Origin: Candidatus Babeliales bacterium
GTDB taxonomy: Bacteria; Babelota; Babeliae; Babelales; JACPOV01
Reading direction: 5' to 3'
DNA: 64,000 nucleotides
NCBI GenBank assembly: GCA_049692255.1
Contig: JBAVOR010000009.1
Span: 16,457 to 80,456, forward strand
In this document: in pieces, positions 19,314 to 27,953 of the stretch
How positions within the stretch are numbered: position 1 is the stretch's first letter
Layout: each line of letters begins with the position of its first letter
The notes under the pieces: model-generated
Databases searched by the model: none
What the model was told of the DNA's origin: nothing
Seen by the model: the letters and a program-made list of their open reading frames with translations, nothing else
Position numbers and translations under genes: made by a program

Positions 19314-19858
19314 GTATGAAACAACGGTTATCTCTTATTTTTTGCATATGCGCGTGTATTGGAGGGGTAGGGTACTATGCCTATCACAATAGCATAATAA
19401 TCAGTATGCCCCGTATACAGCGCGGCGATAACAACCAGCATAGCACCAAAAAACTGGTTCTTTATAATTACTATAACGACCAATGGCATACAGAAACGGT
19501 GTCTGTTACTTGGACAGAAAAAACTGAAGAACAGATGAGTACCATCGTACAATCTTGGTTGCATCAGTACCAAGAATTACATAAACAGGCTCCCTCTCTT
19601 ACGCTCCAAGCAACAACGGTCACTCCGCATCAAGAACTGTTCATCTCTTTCGATCACAATCCGCTCGCACATATGCGCACAACACGTGAAAAATGGTATT
19701 GGTTAGAATCTCTGAGCAAGACTATACACGCACACGCAGAAACAGTACAAAACATTGTGCTCATGGTCAATCACGAGCTCATTGACGACACCACACTCAT
19801 CACACAATCGCCATGGCCCATTGATGGTTTCTTGAACAAAAGCAATATGAACTCTTGA
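19310..19858 (+). CDS. Membrane-anchored GerMN-like protein
   Basis: The start at 19310 forms an ATGA overlap with the preceding gene. There is an N-terminal TM segment (LSLIFCICACIGGVGYYAY). The body (LVLYNYYNDQWHTETVSV...MSTIVQSWL...ELFISFDHNPL...LESLSKTI...VQNIVLMVNHELIDD) resembles the GerMN domain pattern. Confidence 0.35.
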   Translation: MSMKQRLSLIFCICACIGGVGYYAYHNSIIISMPRIQRGDNNQHSTKKLVLYNYYNDQWHTETVSVTWTEKTEEQMSTIVQSWLHQYQELHKQAPSLTLQATTVTPHQELFISFDHNPLAHMRTTREKWYWLESLSKTIHAHAETVQNIVLMVNHELIDDTTLITQSPWPIDGFLNKSNMNS

Positions 19859-19929
19859 TTTTTATTTTTTATGCAGGATAGGGTAAATGCATAAAGATTA
19901 ATTAATCTCTATTAAAAGAAGGAGTTCAT

Positions 19930-20145
19930 ATGAACGGTGAAACTAATTTCCCTTTAGTAAACAAAGAGTTCAAAGGGCTTGTATTACTGATTCTGGGAAT
20001 TATTCTCTTGCTTTACACACTCAATATCTTACAGCTTTGGCTTAACGGATTTTTCATCTTTCTTGCCATCGCTCTTATTTTTTACGGATCATATGAATCA
20101 GGCATTCTCCAACGGCTCTGGGCACTGCGCGGAAAGAAAAAATAG
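19930..20145 (+). CDS. Small two-TM membrane protein, hypothetical
   Basis: 71 aa with an AAGGAG SD and two hydrophobic segments (GLVLLILGIILLLYTL, FFIFLAIALIFYG). Confidence 0.45.
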   Translation: MNGETNFPLVNKEFKGLVLLILGIILLLYTLNILQLWLNGFFIFLAIALIFYGSYESGILQRLWALRGKKK

Positions 20146-20149
20146 TTAC

Positions 20150-23100
20150 CTACTCTTTCACAATTACGCGTGTTGGTACAGCAATCTTGATATTCTCTTC
20201 ACGTAACGCTTTAGTAATAGCAAAACGAATATCTGAAGCAATATCCCAACGACGTAAGATATTAATATTACTAATAAAGCCCCGTACTAAAAACACGAAT
20301 CCATATTCACCCAGATCTTCAAGTCGCACAATATATTTGGGGCTTTTCAATACATCGATATTTTCTTCTAATACCCGTTGCACGATCTTTTTAACAAACA
20401 TTGGATCAGCCGCATAGGGAATCACAAACGTGATATCATCAAATGCAATAAAGTTACGTGCATAATGCCAGTTGCTTACTGCGTGGCTCAATACCATTGA
20501 GTTGGGCACAATAATACTAAAGCTATCTTTACGCCGCAAAATAATAGAACGGGGTGTTATTTTACGCACGACCCCCTGAATTTCTTCAGTGAGTGCAATG
20601 TAATCACCGATCTGTATAGGGCGCTGCACTAAAATAATAAAATAGGAAATAAAGTCACCGACCGGTTCTTTCGATATATAGCTGATCGAACCGATAACGA
20701 TACCGATACCTAACAACAACGTACCAAGGCCAGCCCACTGAAATCCTACGTAAATAGAGATCATTACAATAAGATATCGTGCGATGCTTAAAATAGTATT
20801 TTGTATTCCCAGTTCAACAGGAAGCACTTGGAATATACGCTGCAGAACAAATTTATTAAACAATACTGAACTAACAAGTCCAAATCCAATAAACGAAAGT
20901 AACAGTAAAAATTTACGCGGAGTAAACCAAACGGTCTCCCCCTTTTCCACGTGCGTAGAAAAGAGGTGAAAATCAAATGCTGCCCAAAAATCATCTGCTG
21001 CAATGGGAAGGCCCCAAATTTTAACTGCAATGATGACTCCTAAGCTTGCAAATAATATAAAGAAAAAGATAACTGCTATGCCATACCATGTACGTGCATA
21101 CCCAAACCGTTCCCGTTTGAGTTCGTCATCTTCTACAATGAAAAATATTTTTTCAGAATATTTCTTCAGATATACATGCAACTCGTACAGAGCCCGCGCT
21201 ACAATTAAAGAACATACAATACCCCAGACTAAATACGAGATCAGATTGCCATAACCACCAATGTACGGGTCGCTTAAGATCATAAGCATAATAACCGCCA
21301 TGAGCAGAAGGTAATAATAGTTTTCGATAATATATTCGACCCAATGCCAAATAAAGCCGCGCCGTGACACTAGTGCTAAAATCTCTTCCTTACCAATCGA
21401 AAAGATCACAAGGGCACGTAAAATAATAGAATATATCGCCATTAAAATGTTCGGCAATTCAGATTTATGAATAGTGGCGTATGCGTACGCTTCACGGAAT
21501 AATAAGATGATAATTGATGTATACGCAAATAAAGAGATTACTATATAAAAACGTCTTTCAAGCGGTGGACTAAAGAACGGGAAATTATGGGTGCGGTTGT
21601 AGTGCAATATATGTTCAATAAACAGATGGGTAATATAGGTTAGGTACACGATCGATACAAGATAAAAGATAACCCGCACAAAAAGATCTATGGCGAAATA
21701 ATGCTGCCAATACATAATCCAAAAAATAAACCCCCAGCAATACAGGCCATTTAAATGGATTCTTACGAACCGCAATGCACAAATGCTTGCATGGATAAAA
21801 AAGTTAAGCATTGGCTGATTCGGCAACCCTCGCATTAAATATTGCTCAAATGCACTCAGGCGAGTACGCAAGAAGAGATAGCCCATAATAAGCAAGAAAA
21901 TGGAGATGATAACAGAAAGAGCACGTCGCATTGGCACAAACGCATGCGCAATGTTGGCGATCTGCCCTTTGATTGAAAACTCATGTATGTACGAGCGCCC
22001 AAGGTCATACACGTCGGAACAGAAATAGATAATATCGGGGATAATATTACGAATGCCGTGCCATGAAATTGCATAATGAGAACGTTGCCATCTGCTTTTA
22101 CCATGCAGCTCATTAATCATAAATTTAATTTCACGCAACGTATTTTGGCGTATGTTAGTAATGGTATTGTTCGCCTCTAACAGCTTACCCGCCACTTCTG
22201 CTTGCTCACTCATCACTTTTTCTGCATCAGCAACATTCTGCATGCACACTTGGTACCGCAATGGATATTGCTTGAACATGCCATCTTTTTCATCTTTAAT
22301 TTCTTGACTGACCACATGCAAGTTAGCAACCTCTTTTGACTGAAAATTCAAAAAGTTCGCAATTGCCTGTTTCTTATCTTGTGATGCTGCAAGATCTTGC
22401 GTTACCTTCACTTGGCGGTCAGAAAACTCTTTAGAAACCTGTTGCAATGTTTCAGTATCAACCGTTTTGTGTTGCAGTAATTGATACCAGGTTTGCACTA
22501 CAAGGAACTTTACCTGCTCATGCTCTATCTGTTCATCTTGTAAATCTTTTTGTGCTTGCACATATTCTATACGCTTTTCCAGTAACTGCAGTTGCGCAGT
22601 TTTAGTGCCGATTTCGCACAATGAACTGTACCCATCAAGGGAACGATTTTCTATGACCCACAGGCCAAATTCTTCTTTTTTCGATTGCACAACTTTATAG
22701 CGTATAGTAAGTTGTTCAATCTCTCTTTTAAGCTGTTCGCGCTTAGCAGATAAATTTTTGATCTCTTCAAAGAGTGGCACGCGCGTTGCTGACAGTTTTT
22801 GACGGTCATGCTCTAATTTATTGCGCGCTTCCCCTACTTCTGTTTCATTAATACGCAACCCGACGCGCGCCCGTTCAAGATTATTTTTAAAAATTTCGAG
22901 TTTTTGATTTTCTATAATAATACGCGCATTAAGAAACATAATTTTTCTATTGATCACCGTAATGCGTAGCTCAGCAAGCTGCTGTTCATAACGCGCAATC
23001 TGTTCATCAATGTCTAATAATTCACGCTTATGTTTGTATGTTTGATCTGCCGCTTGATAGCTGCGATGCGCAGTACGCGTAAACTCTTCCATCTCTTTTT

Positions 23101-23698
23101 TGCGTTCTTGGTAGGTTTTAGTGGCAATAGCAACCTTCTTTTTGCGGTTTTCAAAATCGGCAAGGGTATCACTTTTTTGCGTCTTAAGCTGCTCAAGGCT
23201 GTCTTCTTCATCAAACACCCGCTTAAAATCACTTTGCACATCGCTAAACGAATAAAAAGGGCGCGGCTCACGTACTAATCCTTTGAGCACCGTATCTTTT
23301 TTAAAACTTTCAAGCAGTTCCACATGTTGTTTTAAAATACTCGGTTGCTCTTCATACGTCATGCGCATAGTGTAAAGCGTTTGATACAGATCATTGGCCC
23401 GTGCTAAAAAGCGAGTTAGATATTCTTTTTCTGTACCATGTACCGTAGCCAAATCTGTTTTCGTTTGATTTACTAAGGCTGTTGCTTGATCAAGACGTTC
23501 TTGAATAATACGTAAGTTTTCTTGTGTTTCTTCGCGAACCGTTTGATACTCTTGTTTTAATTGCGTTAACTGCTCTTCGCGCTCATTCCATTGCGTCATA
23601 ATAAAACGAGTAGGATCAACCAATGGACCAGCGCCATACGTCAGTGCGCCACACATACCGATCATCAACCCCAGCAAGAACACATTCTTTCTATTCAT
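20150..23698 (-). CDS. Large mechanosensitive channel, MscK/MscM (KefA-like) family
   Basis: 1182 aa. A signal peptide is followed by a periplasmic coiled-coil region of about 550 aa, then about 10 TM segments, then a C-terminal MscS core (VQRPIQIGDYIALTEEIQGVVRKITPRSIILRRKDSFSIIVPNSMVLSHAVSNW). Confidence 0.85.
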   Translation of the reverse strand: MNRKNVFLLGLMIGMCGALTYGAGPLVDPTRFIMTQWNEREEQLTQLKQEYQTVREETQENLRIIQERLDQATALVNQTKTDLATVHGTEKEYLTRFLARANDLYQTLYTMRMTYEEQPSILKQHVELLESFKKDTVLKGLVREPRPFYSFSDVQSDFKRVFDEEDSLEQLKTQKSDTLADFENRKKKVAIATKTYQERKKEMEEFTRTAHRSYQAADQTYKHKRELLDIDEQIARYEQQLAELRITVINRKIMFLNARIIIENQKLEIFKNNLERARVGLRINETEVGEARNKLEHDRQKLSATRVPLFEEIKNLSAKREQLKREIEQLTIRYKVVQSKKEEFGLWVIENRSLDGYSSLCEIGTKTAQLQLLEKRIEYVQAQKDLQDEQIEHEQVKFLVVQTWYQLLQHKTVDTETLQQVSKEFSDRQVKVTQDLAASQDKKQAIANFLNFQSKEVANLHVVSQEIKDEKDGMFKQYPLRYQVCMQNVADAEKVMSEQAEVAGKLLEANNTITNIRQNTLREIKFMINELHGKSRWQRSHYAISWHGIRNIIPDIIYFCSDVYDLGRSYIHEFSIKGQIANIAHAFVPMRRALSVIISIFLLIMGYLFLRTRLSAFEQYLMRGLPNQPMLNFFIHASICALRFVRIHLNGLYCWGFIFWIMYWQHYFAIDLFVRVIFYLVSIVYLTYITHLFIEHILHYNRTHNFPFFSPPLERRFYIVISLFAYTSIIILLFREAYAYATIHKSELPNILMAIYSIILRALVIFSIGKEEILALVSRRGFIWHWVEYIIENYYYLLLMAVIMLMILSDPYIGGYGNLISYLVWGIVCSLIVARALYELHVYLKKYSEKIFFIVEDDELKRERFGYARTWYGIAVIFFFILFASLGVIIAVKIWGLPIAADDFWAAFDFHLFSTHVEKGETVWFTPRKFLLLLSFIGFGLVSSVLFNKFVLQRIFQVLPVELGIQNTILSIARYLIVMISIYVGFQWAGLGTLLLGIGIVIGSISYISKEPVGDFISYFIILVQRPIQIGDYIALTEEIQGVVRKITPRSIILRRKDSFSIIVPNSMVLSHAVSNWHYARNFIAFDDITFVIPYAADPMFVKKIVQRVLEENIDVLKSPKYIVRLEDLGEYGFVFLVRGFISNINILRRWDIASDIRFAITKALREENIKIAVPTRVIVKE

Positions 23699-23702
23699 TT
23701 GC

Positions 23703-24275
23703 TCACCCTACCAATACTTTAAATTTTTCTCTTTGTGGATGCACTTGTAAGCATAACTGTATACACATACGCAATTCTTCGTATTTACACTCTACCGCTT
23801 TATGAATCATTAATTCAAGAGGTAATACAAAAAGAGAGGGTATATGAGGATATTTCTTTACTGCTTCCTCTGCATACATGCCGGTATTCCATAAAAATCG
23901 TAATATAAAAACTAACTTTTGCATATTATTCCATTGCTTACTATGAGTGTAAAGCATACCATAAAAATCTGCAAAAATAGGAACTGCGCTTTGGTTTTCA
24001 ACGAGCCCATACAAACAGAGCTCCAATACCGTATGCAAAAATAGTATATCATTACGCCCCAGCGTAAGCGGTGCATCATAAATAGAAATCTGTTCTATGC
24101 AAAAACCATATATTTTCTGTGATAGTACATATTCTAACATAGTGCCTGGGCTCAGGTGCAGCTGTTTTTTGCAAAATGGAATGGCTACTATTTTTCCATG
24201 GCTTTTGTCTAATAACAATATCTTATTTTGTTTTGAGAGCTTCGCTTGCAAAACAATACCATATGAATGATCCAT
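23703..24275 (-). CDS. Hypothetical protein, possibly a divergent RecO-like protein
   Basis: 190 aa. The N-terminal OB-like pattern is GIVLQAKLSKQNKILLLDKSHGKIVAI...LSPGTMLEY. It is followed by a helical region (LFLHTVLELCLYGLVENQ...IF...FILRFLWNTGMY) that loosely follows the RecO layout. There is no Zn finger. The call is weak. Confidence 0.3.
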   Translation of the reverse strand: MDHSYGIVLQAKLSKQNKILLLDKSHGKIVAIPFCKKQLHLSPGTMLEYVLSQKIYGFCIEQISIYDAPLTLGRNDILFLHTVLELCLYGLVENQSAVPIFADFYGMLYTHSKQWNNMQKLVFILRFLWNTGMYAEEAVKKYPHIPSLFVLPLELMIHKAVECKYEELRMCIQLCLQVHPQREKFKVLVG

Positions 24276-24426
24276 ATCTTTCCTATCTCAAACAATACAC
24301 CCTTATTAGTGTACCTCATTTTGCTTCGTATTTGTGAAGAAACTTTTTTTGTTGACACGCAGTGTGTGAATGTGCTGTATTGTTTTCAAATCACCGTTGC
24401 AATAAAATATAAAAAAAGGAGAACCT

Positions 24427-25986
24427 ATGAATAAATCATTACTTCTATCTTCACTCTTAATCACTACACCCCAGATAATCAACGCACAAAACGGCACTTT
24501 AGAGGTGCATAGACGCCCTAAGCTTACTATCATTCCCCGCTTAGCAGTGTATTCTTTTGATGCAGAAAGAGCACAGATTAACGGTCCGGTAACGGTAAAT
24601 GGGCCGATCAAAATTGAAGGAACTCTGACAATCAATGGTCAGCAACTGAATCCCAGTGGATTGCTACAGCTCCCCTTGTCTATAGCCAATGGTGGCACCA
24701 ATGCAACTTCAATGACTAATGTTGATGGTGTAGTGTATTACGATGGCACAATATTGAATACCACTACCGTAGGAACTGCAGGACAAATACTTACTTCGCG
24801 TGGGCCTGGGCTGGCACCTCTTTTTGTAACAGGTGCTGGTGGGTCGGGTATATCGAATATTGATGGTAATACTGGCGCAATTTCCGGTGCAACCGTGACC
24901 ATGCAAGGTGGCAATAATATAACCACATCGGCTACTAACAGCACTACCATGACTATCGATCTTGTAGCCCCAGTAACTATTGCCAATGGTGGCACCAATG
25001 CAACTGCGATGACTAATACAGACGGCGTGGTGTATTACGATGGCACTAAATTAAATACCACTACTGCGGGGACTGCCGGTCAGTTGTTAACATCGAATGG
25101 AACTGGCAATGCGCCAACTTTTCAAGCATTCACAATTAATACACCTGACAATACAAGCTCTGTCACGGGCAATTCGTTAACGTTAACTGCAGCAGGATCT
25201 GGTTCTACAGTGAAGCTTTCGGGATCTGGTACCACAATAACTCTTACAATGACTGATGTTAATGACAATACGGTAGTAGGCGCTGGAGCTGGGAATGCAT
25301 CTATGACAGGGTTTTTTAATGCAGTGCTAGGTAATTCAGCGGGATCTCAATTGACTTCTGGATCCTCCAATACTGTTATAGGTAATTCAGCAGGAACTCA
25401 ATTAACTTCTGGAGTCTCAAATATTATCATAGGGGCAGCAAGTGGGAGTAGCTTGAATGCTATTGGCAACGATAACATATGCATAGGATTACCTGGTGGT
25501 AGCGGAGATAATAGTACGCTTCGTATTGGCAATCCAGAGACCATTTCTTCTGCTTTCATTAGTGGTATACGCGGAGTTACCACAGGGGCAAGCGATGCCA
25601 TAGCAGTGCTCATAGATTCGAACGGACAGCTGGGTACTGTTTCTTCTTCACGTAAATACAAAGAAAATATTCAAGATATCGATATACAGGAAACAAATCT
25701 ACTTAATTTGCGTCCTGTCACCTTTAATTATAAAAAACATGAATCGACCGATATTCACTTTGGACTGATTGCAGAGGAAGTAGAAGAACTTATTCCTGAT
25801 CTCGTGATACGTGATAAAAATGGTGACGCACAAACGGTGAAGTACCATGAGTTACCGGTACTGCTGCTTGCACATATTAAACAACTGGCTGCAAAAAATG
25901 AAGAATTGGAAACACGTCTGACTGAAGAAATTACTGAACTAAAATCATGTATCGCTGCACTAAAAGGAAACAGCGCTATCGCATAA
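24427..25986 (+). CDS. Secreted tail-fibre-like protein with a C-terminal peptidase S74 intramolecular-chaperone domain (copy 1)
   Basis: 519 aa with an AGGAGA SD and a Sec-type signal (MNKSLLLSSLLITTPQIINA). It has two (I/V)ANGGTNAT.MTN.DGVVYYDGT.LNTT..GTAGQ.LTS repeats and G/N/S-rich beta-helix repeats (NSAGSQLTSGSSNTVIGNSAGTQLTSG). The C-terminal part, GTVSSSRKYKENIQDI...LRPVTFNYK...HFGLIAEEVEELIPDLV...VKYHELPVLLLAHIKQL followed by a coiled coil, matches the S74 signature. Confidence 0.8.
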   Translation: MNKSLLLSSLLITTPQIINAQNGTLEVHRRPKLTIIPRLAVYSFDAERAQINGPVTVNGPIKIEGTLTINGQQLNPSGLLQLPLSIANGGTNATSMTNVDGVVYYDGTILNTTTVGTAGQILTSRGPGLAPLFVTGAGGSGISNIDGNTGAISGATVTMQGGNNITTSATNSTTMTIDLVAPVTIANGGTNATAMTNTDGVVYYDGTKLNTTTAGTAGQLLTSNGTGNAPTFQAFTINTPDNTSSVTGNSLTLTAAGSGSTVKLSGSGTTITLTMTDVNDNTVVGAGAGNASMTGFFNAVLGNSAGSQLTSGSSNTVIGNSAGTQLTSGVSNIIIGAASGSSLNAIGNDNICIGLPGGSGDNSTLRIGNPETISSAFISGIRGVTTGASDAIAVLIDSNGQLGTVSSSRKYKENIQDIDIQETNLLNLRPVTFNYKKHESTDIHFGLIAEEVEELIPDLVIRDKNGDAQTVKYHELPVLLLAHIKQLAAKNEELETRLTEEITELKSCIAALKGNSAIA

Positions 25987-26110
25987 ATCGGATTGGTGTT
26001 CGACAAAGTCAAATGTGTCGACGTGTCCGTCGAAGCCTTCTGCTCCACCCTTCACGTTTCAAAGAACAGGTTGGTGAAGTCGAAAAGATACCGAGCGATA
26101 AGGAGAACCT

Positions 26111-27910
26111 ATGAATAGATCATTGCTTCTATCTGCACTCATAATCACTACACCTCAGATAATCAACGCACAAAACGGCACTTTAGAGGTGCATAGACGT
26201 CCTAAACTTACTATCATTCCCCGCTTAGCAGTGTATTCTTTTGATGCAGAAAGAGCACAGATTAACGGTCCGGTAACGGTAAATGGGCCTATTAAAATTG
26301 AAGGCACGCTGACAATCAATGGTCATCCACTGAATCCAAGCGGATTGTTGGAACTCCCCTTGCCTATATCTAATGGGGGTACGAATGCAACTGCAATGAC
26401 TAATACTGATGGCGTGGTATATTACGATGGCACAGTATTGAATACAACAGCAGCAGGTGCTAGCAATACCGTTCTTTTGGGCAATGGCACTAGTGCAGCG
26501 CCGAGTTTCGGTACGGTGCCTAACGCTGCATTAACAAACAGTTCAATTACGCTGACCAACGGTACCGGTATTAGTATTACAGGTGGTTCTCCGTTATCAC
26601 TTGGTGGTAGTGCAACAATAACTTTATCAACACCAGTGTCTATAGCCCATGGCGGTACGAATGCAACTGCGATGACTAATACAAACGGCGTGGTCTATTA
26701 CGATGGCACAGTATTGAATACAACAGCAGCAGGTGCTAGCAATACCGTTCTTTTGGGTAATGGCACTAGTGCAGCACCGAGTTTCGGTACGGTGCCTAAC
26801 GCTGCATTAACAAACAGTTCAATTACGCTGACCAACGGTACCGGTATTAGCATTACAGGCGGCTCTCCGTTATCACTTGGTGGTAGTGCTACCATAGCTC
26901 TCTCTACCCCAGTCACCGTTGCTAATGGAGGAACGGGAGCAGGTACGTTCACAGTAAATGGTGTTTTGTTGGGAAATGGGACATCGGCAATAACTGCAAC
27001 AGCCGTGGGAACTGCAGGGCAACTATTAACTTCAAATGGAACTGGCAATGCGCCAACTTTTCAAGCCGCCCCTGCTTCATCGATTACTATTACTACTGAT
27101 TCAGGATCTGTTAGTGGCAACTCGTTAACATTAACTGCGCCACTAGGATCAGGTAATGTGGCGGGATCTGGCAGTTCCGTACAATTTACAGGTTCTGGTA
27201 CAACAATAACTTTGGCAATGACGGATGGCAACGGCAACACTCTAGTAGGAGCAGGAGCTGGAAATGCAAGCATAACTGGGAATACGAATGTGGCATTTGG
27301 GCAGAATGCATTACCAAAGGTGACTACGGGACGGAATAATTGTGCAATTGGGCAAGATGCATTATCTGGTTTAGTCTCAGGAGCAAATAATATTGCCATA
27401 GGCCAAGGAGCAGGAAGTGCTCTTAGCGGTGCAGAACAGAATAACATATATATTGGCTCATCCGGTTCTTCTGGAGATAATGGTGTAATTAATATCAATC
27501 CAGCCGCATTATCTGCAACGATTGGTGGTATTGCCAACACCACCATATCGGGTTCGCCTGTGCTTGTATCTTCGGGTGGAAATCTGGGTATTGCTTCTTC
27601 TTCTCGTAATTACAAAAAAAATATCCAAGATATTGATCCGCAAACAACCAAGTTACTTGAGTTACGCCCAGTCACTTTTAATTATAAGAAAGAGAACATG
27701 GCAGATGAACTTCACTTTGGACTAATTGCAGAAGAGGTGGAAGAACTTATTCCTGATCTCGTGATACGTGATAAAAATGGTGACGTGCAAACGGTGAAGT
27801 ACCATGAATTACCGGCACTGCTACTTGCACATATTAAACAACTGGCTGCAAAAAATGCAGCGCTGGAAGCGCGTATCGCTGTATTAGAAGGCAACAGTTC
27901 TGTTGCCTGA
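26111..27910 (+). CDS. Secreted tail-fibre-like protein with a C-terminal peptidase S74 intramolecular-chaperone domain (copy 2)
   Basis: 599 aa. The SD, signal peptide and first roughly 72 aa are the same as in copy 1. The S74 module is also shared (SSSRNYKKNIQDI...LRPVTFNYKK...HFGLIAEEVEELIPDLVIRDKNGD.QTVKYHELP). The central part differs and contains a duplicated 92-aa unit. Confidence 0.8.
   Translation: MNRSLLLSALIITTPQIINAQNGTLEVHRRPKLTIIPRLAVYSFDAERAQINGPVTVNGPIKIEGTLTINGHPLNPSGLLELPLPISNGGTNATAMTNTDGVVYYDGTVLNTTAAGASNTVLLGNGTSAAPSFGTVPNAALTNSSITLTNGTGISITGGSPLSLGGSATITLSTPVSIAHGGTNATAMTNTNGVVYYDGTVLNTTAAGASNTVLLGNGTSAAPSFGTVPNAALTNSSITLTNGTGISITGGSPLSLGGSATIALSTPVTVANGGTGAGTFTVNGVLLGNGTSAITATAVGTAGQLLTSNGTGNAPTFQAAPASSITITTDSGSVSGNSLTLTAPLGSGNVAGSGSSVQFTGSGTTITLAMTDGNGNTLVGAGAGNASITGNTNVAFGQNALPKVTTGRNNCAIGQDALSGLVSGANNIAIGQGAGSALSGAEQNNIYIGSSGSSGDNGVININPAALSATIGGIANTTISGSPVLVSSGGNLGIASSSRNYKKNIQDIDPQTTKLLELRPVTFNYKKENMADELHFGLIAEEVEELIPDLVIRDKNGDVQTVKYHELPALLLAHIKQLAAKNAALEARIAVLEGNSSVA
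26365..26916 (+). repeat. In-frame tandem duplication, 2 x 276 bp (92 aa), inside fibre gene 2
   Basis: GGTACGAATGCAACTGC occurs at 26378 and 26654, and CGATGGCACAGTATTGAATACAACAGCAGCAGGTGCTAGCAATACCGTTCTTTTGGG at 26425 and 26701, giving a period of 276. The protein units (NGGTNATAMTNT.GVVYYDGTVLNTTAAGASNTVLLGNGTSAAPSFGTVPNAALTNSSITLTNGTGISITGGSPLSLGGSATI.LSTPV) are nearly identical. Unit boundaries are approximate. Confidence 0.85.
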
Positions 27911-27925
27911 ATCAAAGCAAAAAGC

Positions 27926-27953
27926 AGGGTTGCGCTCTTGTTAGCGCAACCCT
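27926..27953. terminator. Hairpin terminator at the convergent junction of fibre gene 2 and the M3 peptidase gene
   Basis: AGGGTTGCGCT(27926-27936)-CTTGTT-AGCGCAACCCT(27943-27953) forms a perfect 11-bp stem. On the minus strand it is followed by GCTTTTTGCTTTG (a T-run). The stop codon of the minus-strand gene lies inside the hairpin. Confidence 0.5.

Noticed and set aside
24306-24635. 109-aa minus-strand ORF overlapping the start of fibre gene 1
   Set aside because: It lies antisense to the strongly supported fibre gene 5' end, which is conserved in the paralog at 26111. It has no SD and no paralogous counterpart as an independent gene.
25987-26110. Possible terminator or attenuator hairpin between the two fibre genes (GTTCGACA...TGTCGAC around 26000-26030)
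   Set aside because: The stem is only about 6-7 bp with a mismatch and no following T-run. This is insufficient to call a terminator.
26365-26916. CRISPR-like or satellite interpretation of the 276-bp repeat (and of the paralog array at 53398-63768)
   Set aside because: The repeats are long, in frame and coding, with no short direct repeats separated by unique spacers. No cas genes are in the window.
24427-27910. Prophage or phage-remnant interpretation of the two tail-fibre-like genes
   Set aside because: No terminase, portal, capsid, tail tube, baseplate, integrase, lysis or repressor genes are visible within at least 20 kb on either side. The flanks are cellular genes, and both proteins carry Sec signal peptides. 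I kept them as cellular fibre-like genes rather than annotating a mobile element.
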